A DNA stretch of 64,000 bases from Candidatus Omnitrophota bacterium. GTDB taxonomy: Bacteria > Omnitrophota > Gorgyraeia > 1-14-0-20-64-10. This document shows, one piece after another, positions 1 to 12,000 of this stretch. The number at the start of each line of letters is the position of its first letter. Within the stretch, counting starts at the first letter, position 1. A program made the translations under genes and the position numbers. The stretch spans positions 68,248 to 132,247 of the forward strand of contig JAHFFE010000004.1 of the NCBI GenBank assembly GCA_023248155.1, written 5' to 3'. The notes under the pieces are model-generated. The model saw only the letters and a program-made list of their open reading frames with translations, made no database searches and was not told the origin of the DNA.

Positions 1-1
1 C

Positions 2-3000
2 GACTTTGACTTAATCGCCGACGGGAACGCCCATGAATACATTCTGTCCATGAATGACAGCGAACTGTGGAATGGCACCATTACCGGCCTCAAGATCGTA
101 CCCTCGGATGAACCCTCGCACTATGAAATCCTCGGTGCGGCGTCGCGCCAGTCGGTCGATCTTCCGGCCGGGTCCGAATGGGGTCTTTACGGGCCGAAAG
201 AAACCAGCAAGTTCCGCTATGCGGTCGTGGTTGATGGTGTTCAGAGGGGGACGTTCGATGTGCCCTGGAATAAGACGCAGGAGAAAGAAGGCTATGCGGA
301 AATCCAGCTCAACGCTGGTGCTCATCACATTGATATCGTTGAGATGAATTTTTACGACTATCCCTACGCTTCGATGGCGGCATTTAAATCCTATGTGTCC
401 AAGACTCTTGTACGCCGGATTATGCCGGCGGCGGATCTCAACGCGGATAATTATGTGAATGAGGCGGATGCGCGGATTCTGGATACGCTGCGCTCGCGTT
501 TCGAAGCGCCGAACGTTATCGGCCTGCAGGAAGAATTCTTCTCGATTTTGGATAACGGCGACCTGACGCACCGCTTTGTGTCGCGCACGGCGCAGGGCCG
601 CAGTTTTACAAGCGACCCGGCCACGGGGCAGGTCACCATTAATGGCGTCAAACTGCAACTCGGCTATGATGAAGAGCGCGAGCTCTGGCAGGCGTCGCTC
701 TTTGGCCGTGGCAGTGTCAACGTTTATGATCAGGTTCTGCAAATCGGCACTGAGAAAATAGGCGTTACGCGCCGCAAAGACGGCAGTCTTCTTTTCACGG
801 CCTTTGAGCGCACGGAGCCGGTGACTTTTGAATCCGATCCTGCGGCTGAACAAGTCACGATCGGCACGCAGACTTACCGTATTGAACGGGATCCGGAGAC
901 CCTGCAGGTGCGTTTGTTTGAAAGCGCAGAAACAGCGGGGCCCAGCGGCTGGCAGTCAGCCGTGGCCGGCGGCGTTGCCGTGTGGGTGCGGCGCGAAGCG
1001 AGCGGGCTTGTTTTCCGCACCGGCGGCGAAGACCTGGAATTTAACCCGGAAACACGCCGGCTTTCGATCCACGAGAAAAACTACACGCTTTTTGAAAACC
1101 GTCTGGGTCAGCTGACGCTGGTGGAAGTGGATCCGGCTGATCTGGACGGCGACGGCCTTGTGACTTTTGCCGATCAGGCCTTGATGAAAGCCTCGCTGGG
1201 CCGGCAGGCCGCATGGACGCTGGAAGCGATTCAGGCGCGCAATGTCGAAGGCTTTATCCGCGGCCAGCGCAGTGATCAACTGTTTGCGGTCTACGGCAGT
1301 TCGGAAAATTACCGCATGGATTTTGATCTTTTTGCCGACAGCGCCCAGCCGGCGGGGCTTGCTTATTACAACATTATGCTGCGCGCGCAAAGCTATGACC
1401 AAAAAGCCCTGCCCGCCGATTATGAATGGCAGCTTGCCGTCGCTGTTGACGGCGATGACCGCGGCATTGTGATCATTCCCGCGACGGCAGGAAGCGTCTC
1501 CGAGGAAAGCTTGCGCACGCTCATGGCCAACGGTGCGCATACGATCAGCCTGCGCTGGCTGAATCCGCGGCCGGGAACCAGCCTGGCCATCGACCGGTTG
1601 AGGGTCGCCGAAGAAGGCGTTGATCCGGAAGCCAACCTCGTGGTGCGTTCCGGAATTCCGGAGCAGGCGATTGGCGTGCAGACCGAACATTCGGGAGCCG
1701 GCGGACAACTCATCTTACGGACAGCGGCGGGGGAAACAGTTATAACAATTCCGGCGCAGATGCCCTGGCCCGGCCCGGATGATTTTTATTGGGCGGAAGT
1801 GGATGAAAATACGGGCGCCATTCTGCGCCAGGGTTCGCTGCGTTCCGAAGATGCAGACGAAACCGCGCAATTCCTGCTGGATGTGGAAACCCTGCCGGAA
1901 GGCCGCATCCTGGCCGCGGCTTCCTGGGACGGTTTGACGGTGACGCCGTCTTTAGCGCGCGCGCTGGAACGGCTGGGTTCAAAACTGATTCGCAGCATGG
2001 ATGGCGCGCATGAATGGGCTTTTGCCGGCGTCAAAGGACTCCCTCCAGGCAGTGCTTCGGAACAGATTCAGGCGTTAACTACGGGTGACAGCCGTTTGGA
2101 TTTTGATCTGGCCATAACCGGCGGCAGCCTTGAAGACCGCCTGCGGATCAACGCGGCGGACTATGCCGTCTTCCGCCAAGGCATGAGCGACACGGCTGAG
2201 ACTCAGGTCTTTACGCTGCAGGGCAAGGATTATTATGTCAGCGAAACTTCACCGGGAACTTTTGAAGTTTTTGACGGAATTTTGACGAGCGTGCAAAAAA
2301 TCGTGGACGGCCGTCCGGCGCTGGATCTGGGCAGCCGGAGTTTCTTTGTGGAGCGCGGCGTGAACGGCGCTATCCGCCTTGAGGGCATTCTTACCGGCGA
2401 TGTTTTTAGCGACGGTCAACTCGACGGCGCAGATCAGGACTTGCTTGCGGCCAGCCGCGGCCGGTTCAGTTTGGACCGCCGTGACGGCACCGTGATTTTC
2501 AACGAAAGCCAGCCGCTGGTTTATGCCGTCGAAGTGCCGGAAGACGGCCTGTATTCCGTGGGCCTGGCGGCGCGCAATTTCTTCAAGGCAGGCCTGGATT
2601 GGCAGATCGAAGTGGACGTCTATGTGGATGATGAGATTTATCCGCGGACTTCATTTGACGTGCCTGCCGGCCTCAAAGACACGGCAAATTATGTCAATGA
2701 CCTCGATTTGACGGCCGGAGCGCATACGATCCATTTTTACGTGCGCGACCTATACGGCGAGGGCGACCACATCACGCAGAATCCGCATCCTGATCTTGCG
2801 GACCAGCCGGCCGGAGTGGGTTCCGCGCTTCTAGCCGAAAATTTTATTTTCCGGGCGCAGGGTTACCGCAGTGACATGGATCTTAACCACAATCAAAGCA
2901 TTGACACAGGCGATGAAACGATTCTAGCGGGCTTGATTCTGGCCGGGCCGGTCAGCGTGCAGACGCTCGAGCCCCTGCCCGTGAAAGTCCTGCGTCTGGC

Positions 3001-6000
3001 CGGCAAGTTTTACCGGGTCGAAATTTCCGGCACTGCCGTGACGCTGGTCTCCGGCAGTGAAAGCATCACTACGGCCGTGGATGAAGTGATTGAGAAGAAC
3101 GGCGTGTATTACCGCCTGCTGCAAGATGCCGCCGGCGAACTGGCCTTGGCGCGGGAACCGTCCGTCTACGCGTTCCGCGATCCTGCGTTTGAATTCGGCG
3201 CGAGCCGGGCGCTAGACCGTCCTGTTGTTTACGTGCGCGGCCGTTATCTGGAAATCGATCGGGCACCGGACGGCCGCTGGCGCTTTAGCGATGCGGTTGG
3301 CGAATTCCTGTCCAATAGCGAAAAAACCGAAGTTCTGATCATCGACAAGCTTTTCAAAATCCAGGGCGCTCAGGCCGGCGAATTGTCCCTTGAAGAAGTC
3401 CACGCCGAAAGCCTGAAAACGGTGGATTTGGTGATCAATCTAACGGGGGAAGACTACAAGGTCCAGCGTGAAGGCAGCCAGTGGCGTTTTATCCTCGCGA
3501 CGAATGCGGCCGTGAGTTATCTCTCCGTCGACGGTGTGGTCACGATTCAAGACAGACCCTACGCCTTGCGCTGGGATGATCAGCTTCAAGAGTTAGTTGC
3601 GGGCAATCACCCTGTTATTTCCAGTGATCTGGCCGGCCAGTCGGTGGTGCTCGACGGAGTGCTCTATACGATTCGCATGGATACGGCCGATTCGATCAGC
3701 CTGCTGGGTGAAGGTCCGGATGCGCTCGCGGGCGGGACTGTCCCCGGAAACCTTACGCTGGCAGGGGCGGTTTATGCGGTCGAAAAACTCATCGACGGCC
3801 GTTATGTTTTCTCCGGTCAGGTGCAGAGCCGGCCGGCGGAAGAACCCATCCGGTTGTTTGACGGCAAGTTTTACAGCGTGGCGCATGACGGCGAGTATTT
3901 TACGCTCAGCCAAGGCGGAAAGAATTATTCCAATCGTCCGCGTTTAGCGAATTTGCCGGAAGTCGCATCGACCGGTGATTTAACCGCGTTTGAATACTTG
4001 AAAGACGGTACGGTGCGGCCGGAGATCAGCGATGTCTATGACTCTCAATCCGGCACGCTGACGTCCGGCGTTTTTACGGTTCCGGGGGATCAAAACTATA
4101 CGTGGACCTGGGAAATGGCCGCGGGCGGCGAGAGCGGTACCCTGAAAATTCTCAATGCATCCGGAACCGCTGCCCTGCAAGAAACCATCAGTGAATCCAT
4201 GATGTCGATGCCGGGCGGCTGGACTTTAAATTTTCTCAACCCGTTTATTTCGGGCAAGCATGCCGGCTATAAAGTCAGCTACAACACCGGAACGAATACG
4301 CTTACTCTCACGCCCGCCGGCATCACCGGCAATTTTACCGCGCCGGATGGAACGGCTTATCTTTGGGGCCTGACGCGGCATGAGCGCAAAGACTCCGGAG
4401 GGCAGCCGGATACGCTCAATGACGGTTATGTTTTCCGCCTGAGTCAAGCCGGCGGGACGGGCCTTTATGAAAAAACCGGTATCGTTGCGAAGTCTCAAGA
4501 ACTGAATGCGGATTTCACGGGTCTTGTTCAAATGGCCGGCTCGGGCTGGATGGTGCATCTGGATGAAAACAGCGGCAAACTGCGTTTTGATCCCAAGCAT
4601 TCGAGCGGGAGTTTCATTTCGGCTGTGGACGATGAGCGCTACATCTGGTCGATCGATTGGACCCAGACCGGAGAATTTATGAAGGGGTGGACCTTTACGC
4701 TGGAGGATGAGGCCGGCGTCAATACGTTTACGCGTTCCGGTACGCTGAACAGTGATCCGACTTTGGCGATGCCTGAGACGTTTCCACAGCCGTTTGAGGG
4801 TGTTTACGCGCTCGCGAATGCCGTGGAATATCAAATCAGCTTTGATCCGCAGACGAACCGTATGACCCTGGCGCCGCAGCGCGTGCTGGTGGAAGAAAGT
4901 TCTGACCGGATTTTGATTGACGGGCGCTGGTTTGCGATCAGCGGGACGGATACCGGCAGTCTTGTGCTGACGAATGAAATTTTGGAAGAGGCCGGTCAAT
5001 ACCGTTTAGCCGGCGAGCGTTATGCCCAGCAGGTTGAAACGAGCATGAACGAGATGGGTTTCCCCGGGCCGCAGGTGCTGGTGCTGACGGATGAAAACGG
5101 CCGGCGCTTTGAAAGCGTTTTGAATACCACATCCGCCGCGACCGGCCAATACGGGTATAACGCCTATGGTTACTGGGGGCCGATGTATCAATACACCCAT
5201 ACGTACACGGTCACGATCAAAAACATGACGTTTGAAGTGCGCCTGCCGCCCTATGATCCCTACGACTCCAATCCGCCGCCGCTTGAAAATTATACGCTCG
5301 TGCCGTATCAGGCCGCGGCCGTAACGGCGGTTGTGCCGGCGGGGACGCTGGTGAAAATCGGCGGCGCAATTTATGCGATTACCCCCAAGCCGGGCGTTGA
5401 AAATGTCTACCTGATTAGCGACGGCCAAACGCTGACGGAAGCTGGGCTTGGCGAGCCGGTGCGTTTGAATGGCATCGAATACGTCATCCGCCGCGCGCCT
5501 TCCGGAGCGCTCAGTATGATCCAGCAGGTGCAAACGCTGTCCGGGCACCAGGTGATTTTGGAAGGTGTCCGGTATTCGGTCGAAGAGCAGACGGGCCGGG
5601 TCATTCTCTCCGATGGTGTTCAGTCGTTTGAGTCCGATGACGCCAAAGCGAAGATTACGGTCAAAGACCGCCTTTATGATCTTGTGCGCACGGAAGCCGG
5701 CGCCCTGGTGCTGGTCGAATCCGGCGTGGTCCGCTCGTACCAAACCCTGGTTTTCCAAAATAAAACCTACGATGTCCTGCGCAATAGCGACGGTTCGATT
5801 TCGCTGCTCTATCACAAGGCAACGCATGGCACGTTGGCGCCAAAAGAATCCGTCCAGATGCCTGCGCAATTGCGCTATAAAGGCGGAAATTACACCGTGA
5901 GCACGCTGGAAGACGGCCGGCTTCAGATCGAAGGTCCCGAAGGTGTTTCCACCAGCGCGGCGGAAACGGGCCTGATTGATTTTGACGGGAAACTCTGGCA

Positions 6001-9000
6001 GGCCGTGCGGCTTGCGGACGGCCGCTGGACGATTGAGGGAACATTCGAAAGCGCTCCGGCCTCCGGCCAACCGCTGTTTTTTGACGGAAAGATTTACACG
6101 CTTGCCATGCAAGCCAATCAATTCGTGCTTTCCGACGGACGCGCTCACTATACGGCGGATGTCTCGGGTTTTGTGAATTTGAACGGCCGCACGTTCTTCT
6201 GGAGCGGGACCGGGCTGGAGGATTTCCAGATGTTCAACCGGCCGTATCTTGGCAGAACCGATACGGAAATCCAGCTTGAAGGTTTGAACCTGGCCTATCA
6301 GATTGAATATTCCATGATGACGGGCCCGGTCCTTAAAATCACGGATTCTGAACGCAATGCGGTTTATACCAGCTTTACGGATCAAACCAGGGCCTTCATG
6401 GATATCCGGGGCGTTCGCTACGAGATTACGGGCAGCTTGTATGACAGCTTCGGCGAGGGGTTTGGCCTGCGGCCGGCCGCCGGAAACGTGCCGGCTTCTG
6501 CGCCCGCCGAGGAAGGAACCCGGCTTGTGGTGGAAAACCGCATTCTCAGCGTAAGCCTCAAAGCGGGCACCGGCGATATCTATCTGGCGTCCGACGGTAC
6601 GGAGACGCTGGAAGTCCGGCTCGGTGAGACGCTCAACGTCAACGGCCTTCCTTATATGCTTAGTCTGCCAGCCTCCGGCGAACTCAAATTCAGCCTGAGC
6701 AGCCGCCAGATCAGTCTGGCGCAGTTGGGGCTGGATTCGACGTCCTATCTGGCTTTTGAAACCGCGGCCGGCGAATGGGCCTTCCAGGGAACTTACGATC
6801 CCACGGGTGAATTGAGCACAAGCACGGGCGGCGGCACGCTGGTCCAAATCGGCGATCTGAAATATCACATCGAACGCCTCCCTGACGGCGGCCTCAAACT
6901 GACCGAAACCGAAGACAGCGCGCCGGTGGTTTATGAAGATCAACTCTTCCGCAGCGACTTGCAGGCCCGCACGATCCGCATTTCCGGCAAGATCTACCGG
7001 CTCGCACTTGCGGCGGACGGGGACTGGGTCTTGAGTGAAGATTACGAAACTTCGCAGGCCCTGCAGCCGGCGGTGGAAATCGGCGGCCGCAAACTGCAGT
7101 ACCGTTTAGAAGACGCGCAGGTGATCTTGACGGACGGGAAAAACAGCTTCCGCAGCAGCCGCGACGGCTCAAACGTGACGATCGACCATCGCCGCTATGC
7201 GATCCAGCGCAGCGGCAGCGCGATTACGCTTTCCGAGCCGTCTCTGCCGTACAGCCAGACGATCGATGCGCTTGGCGCAATTTGGCTGATCCGCCGCGAC
7301 GCGTCCGGAAAAATCATGGCCGACAATCCCGAAACCCAGGAAACGTTTGCCGGCGATACGGCTGGTCTCGTGATTACGATTCGCGGCGTGCAGTTTGATA
7401 TCACGGGCGAGGAAGGCCGGCGGATTTTCACGCCGCGTATTTCAGCCGAACCCACCCTAGCCGACGGCGCTTTCTTGCTGGCCGGCCGGATGTTCTTTTA
7501 CAAGACCGAAGACGGGCAATTGACCGTGACGTATGCGGACAGCGGGGCCGCGGCCGGCGCAGCGGACGAAAATGCCGGACTGATCGAAATCGCCGGTACC
7601 GTTTATCAAGTGCAGCGCACGAGCGGCCGGCTTGAATTCCATAAGCAAGCCTTTGAAGAAGCTCAGGAAATTTCAGGAGCGGTGTTTTACATCAACGGAA
7701 CGATTTATGAGGTTCAGTATGATGAGACTGCCGGGTCTTTCGAAGTACGCAGCGGCCAGAAAACTTACACCAGCGATCCGGCCACGGGGCATATTTTGAT
7801 CGGCGAAATTGCGGCTGAAATCCGCCGCGATACCGCGAGCGGCGAAATTACGATCACGGTGCCCACAGCAGCCAGCGTCAAGCGCGCCGACCAGGCGGTT
7901 GAACTCAAGGGCCAGATTTATTGGCTGACGCGCCTGGAAGCCGGCCGGTACGAAGTTTATGATCCGGCTGCGAAAACGCCGCATGCGTCCCGCCTTGAAC
8001 AAATTGACGGCGTCTGGCTACCGGTGGTGGATCTGGCCGGCAGTGTTTACCGCGTGGTCGAAGACCGCGGTGAACGCATGCGTCTGGAAGAGGTGACAGA
8101 GGAATTTATTTCCGACGACCGCTTCAAGGTGCTGGCCGGCGGTAAGGAATACACGATCGGCCAGGATTCCGTGGATCAACGTTTCTATCTCGATGACGGC
8201 ACGCACCGTTTCTATGAAACCGGGGTGGATGGCATTATCAAGATCGGCGCTGATTCCTTTAGCGTGCGTGAACTGGCCGGCCGGCGCTTGTTTAATCCGG
8301 AGGTGGTCAAGCGCGCCGATCTGGATCAAAACGGCGAATTCAACGCCGAGGATGCGCGCATCTTGACGCGCCTGGCCAGCCACTACAAAGACATCAACGG
8401 CGACGGTCTGGTCGATCAGCAGGATATTGACGCGTTAAATAAAATTATTGATCTCACGCCTGAGATCCGTGATGCGGTGCCGGATGGTCAGATTACATCC
8501 GATGATTTTACTTCGCTTGACGTCAACCATGACCGCAAGATTGATTACCGCGATGCCAACGCGCTCAACCAGGTGGTGCAGAACCGCTTTGACATCAACC
8601 GCGACGGCCTCACCTCGAGCGGCTCCGGCGTTCCGGCGACGGATGACCTGGCATTTTTCAACGCCCTGTTTAGCCAGATCCGCCAGCTGCAGGCTCAGGG
8701 CATTGTGGTCGAGCCGGCCAAACTAAAAGCGCTGGATGTCAACAATGACGGGCTGGTGACGCATGAGGACGTGACGGCGCTTGGAAAAGTGATCGGCAAG
8801 AATTTCGATATCAATGGCGACGGCAAACTCGATGACCTGGCCAATCGCAAGGATGAAAAACGGCTCGACGATGTGATCAGCGCGCTCGCTTTGAAGATCA
8901 AACAGAACGAATTGACGCTGGCCGATGTGAACCGCAACGGCAAGGTCGATGACAAGGACCGCTCCGACCTTTCGGAATCGATCCGCAAGTATACCCAGCT

Positions 9001-12000
9001 CGCGGTTGCCGCGGATTATGACGCCAGCGGCCTTTTTGATTACGGCGACCTCGTAGCCCTGCAGCGGGATGTCGGCGAAATCCGCCGCGGCAGCCTGCTC
9101 AGCCCGCAGCTGCTCTCGCGCGCGGACATCAATAATGACGGGCGCGTGGATGACCGTGACTGGAGAACGCTGGAGCAGGGCCTGGCTTCGCACCGGGATG
9201 TCAATGAAGACGGCCGCATCGACAGCAAAGACAGCGAGGTGCTGGAACGCTATCTGAATTTCACAGCCGGCGAAATTATTCCGGCCCGCGAAATCCGGCT
9301 CGAGACGCCGGAGGGGCTCGAGAGCCAAATTACGGGCAGTCAGTCCATTGTGCTGGATGACGAGCGCTATGTTGTCTCAAAGAACACCGAAGGCGCTTAT
9401 GTGTTGACGTCCCGCGACGAGACGTTTAACGCCTATGGCGGAATCAATATCGTGGAAATCGGTGAGCACATTTACGACATCTACGAAGATCCGGACGGCA
9501 AGATCCGTCTGGTGGATCAGGAAGCGCGCACGCATCAGAGCATGCACCGGGCGGATTTCGTCATCCGGCTGGGTGAGCGGGAATATGACGCTTATTTCAA
9601 AGATTACGGCCGTTTTGAATTTAAATCCGCCGAGTGCTTTGACGGAACCGAAAACTGCGAAACGGCGCTGAGCGGTTTTGACGACAAAGTAACACTGCAA
9701 AATCAGGTGTTTATCGTTGAAACCGACTCGCTGACGCGTCAGGCCGCGCTCAAAGCGGCCTCGATGCGCAGCCTGAAACGCGCGGACCAGGTCATTGAAC
9801 TGGAAGGCAAACGCTACGAAGTGGTCAATCATTTTGACGGCAGCTATACGTTCAAAACGGATGAGTTTGAACAGCGCTCCGACCGCGATCAGAAACGCGT
9901 CAAACTGGACGGAATTTATTATGACATCCACGAAGATCCGCTGACGGGCCATGTGCAGCTGGCTGAACAGCATGCGATCAGCCGGGTGCTGGCTGACCAG
10001 GTCATCCGCATTCAGCGCAAAGATTCGCTTTCCTTGTCCGAAATTTATGCCGGGGCGGATACGCGGGCGCTTTTCCTGGCCAGCCAGGGCGGACAGAAAA
10101 TCGGCAGTCCGGTCGTTTATGACGATTCTTACCTAGTAAATTTCAACCTTGACGGCACGACGACCTTTACGCATGAGAAGACCGGCACGAAATACACAAG
10201 CGGCCGCTCCCAGGAAGACGGCACTTCCGTTGTGACGATTGACCGGATGGCTTTCCGTATTTTCTCCGATTACGAAAACGGCGGGATCTATATCGAGCAG
10301 GATCATGAAAAACTGGGCTCCGATGCGGGCGCCGGTGCGGGCCGCGGCCAAGTCACGTTCTTGAAAGCCGGCGAGCCGGTGACTTACGAATGGATTTATG
10401 ATGATGCGACCGGCAAGCTCAAGATCAACGGTGAATGGGTCAACCCCGAAACCAATACAGCCTTGCTCGACGGCCAGCAATTCCTGATTAATTTTGATCC
10501 GGAAAAAGGCCGCCTGGCCATGGAACAGGCCTACCTGCGCTCAAGCCGCGTGGCCGATCAGCGTTTGATTCTGGAAGACACGTTGTTTAATGTTTCGCAC
10601 AACAAGGACGGCTCTTTCTCGCTCTTTGACGGCGAGACCAGCTTCCGCACCAACCCGGTGTCCCGCAAGGTGACGATCCGCGGCCGGGTTTACGATGTGA
10701 TTGAAAACAGCTACAGCGGATCGATCACGCTGGCCGAAGAGTACAGCCGTGAAAGCAAGCCGGTCTATGATCAGGTCATTGAACTCAACGGCAAAAATTA
10801 TTTTGTGCGTGAAAATACGCAGGATGGCATCACGGAGTTCATCCACGCTGACGAGACGATCCGCTCCACGGCCAGCCGGACCTGGCAGGACGCATCCATT
10901 GATTTTACCAAGGATAAGATGCCGCAGGGCTGGGCGCCGGAGACGGGCAGCTGGCGCATCATGGCCGGCCGCGCCGAATCGCTGGTGCAAGGCCAGCAGG
11001 CCTCGTTTGCCCGCACCGGGCTTGTGACCGAAACTGATTTTACATTGTCGGTCGATCTCTCCTTTGAAATCCTCAGCGATGAACCCGCCGCGCCTGCCGG
11101 CACAGCCGATGAGCGTCTCTGGGAAGGCTCAGTCCTCTTTAATGTGATGGATCGCGATAACGCTTACGCGGCCCGCCTGTTTGAGCGGGGCGGCAGCCGG
11201 TTTGTGGGGTTATACAAGCTGGTTCACGGGATTGAGTATCCGCTGGCCTTGGAGCGCGAACTGCCGTTTGAGTTCAGCACGGAGACGGATTACCGCATGC
11301 AGATCCGTGTGGAGTCCGGCAAAATCACGCTGGCCATGAATGATCAGCCTCTGCTGGAGGCCCAGGACCATTATTTCACCGGCGGCGCCGTGGCGCTCGC
11401 TGGCAAGGGCCGCGATGTTCAGTTTGACAACATCGTTCTGCATCACGCGCACGAACTGGATCAGCCGCGGCAAGTCACGATAGATGACCATCTTTACACG
11501 ATTTCACGGCGTGATTTTACCGAGACGTATGATCTGGATATCAACCGGGACGAGGCGTTCAGTCAAGGCGACAGCGGCGCCCTGCTGGAAGCTTTGCTCA
11601 GTAACGGGCTTGTCAGCGAAGAAGACTTGGCTCGTTACCGCGCGCAGGGCGGAACCGCGGGATTGGGCGCTAGCGGCGGCGAGGGCGAGGGATCGTTTGC
11701 GGGCGGAGAGAGTGCCGGAGGGGGCGCAGGCATGCCGGCCGGCGGGGAAACTGGCGCAGGTTCAGGCACGTCCTATCAGGTTTCGGAAGACGAAGGCGTG
11801 GATTTGAGCGGCCTGCATGTCAGCATTCCGGGCCGCCTGCCGCGTTCGACCGTGGACATTACCGGCGACGGCCGCGGTGATATTGCGGACATCAAACGTA
11901 TCCAAGAAATTCTGTTTGCCGTGCGCCGCGGTGAAATTGTCCAGCCGCGTGATTACGAGAAGGCGGATGTTACCGGGGATGGAAAAGTTACGGATGCCGA

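Noticed and set aside
5006-6943. 645-aa minus-strand ORF, and similar minus ORFs at 48386-49777, 11762-12787, 28811-30025, 16610-17503 and elsewhere
   Set aside because: These lie exactly antisense to the continuous + frame-2 coding sequence. Their translations are Arg/Ala/Gly/His-rich with no motifs or repeats, typical of stop-poor antisense frames in GC-rich genes. Every recognisable domain is on the + strand.
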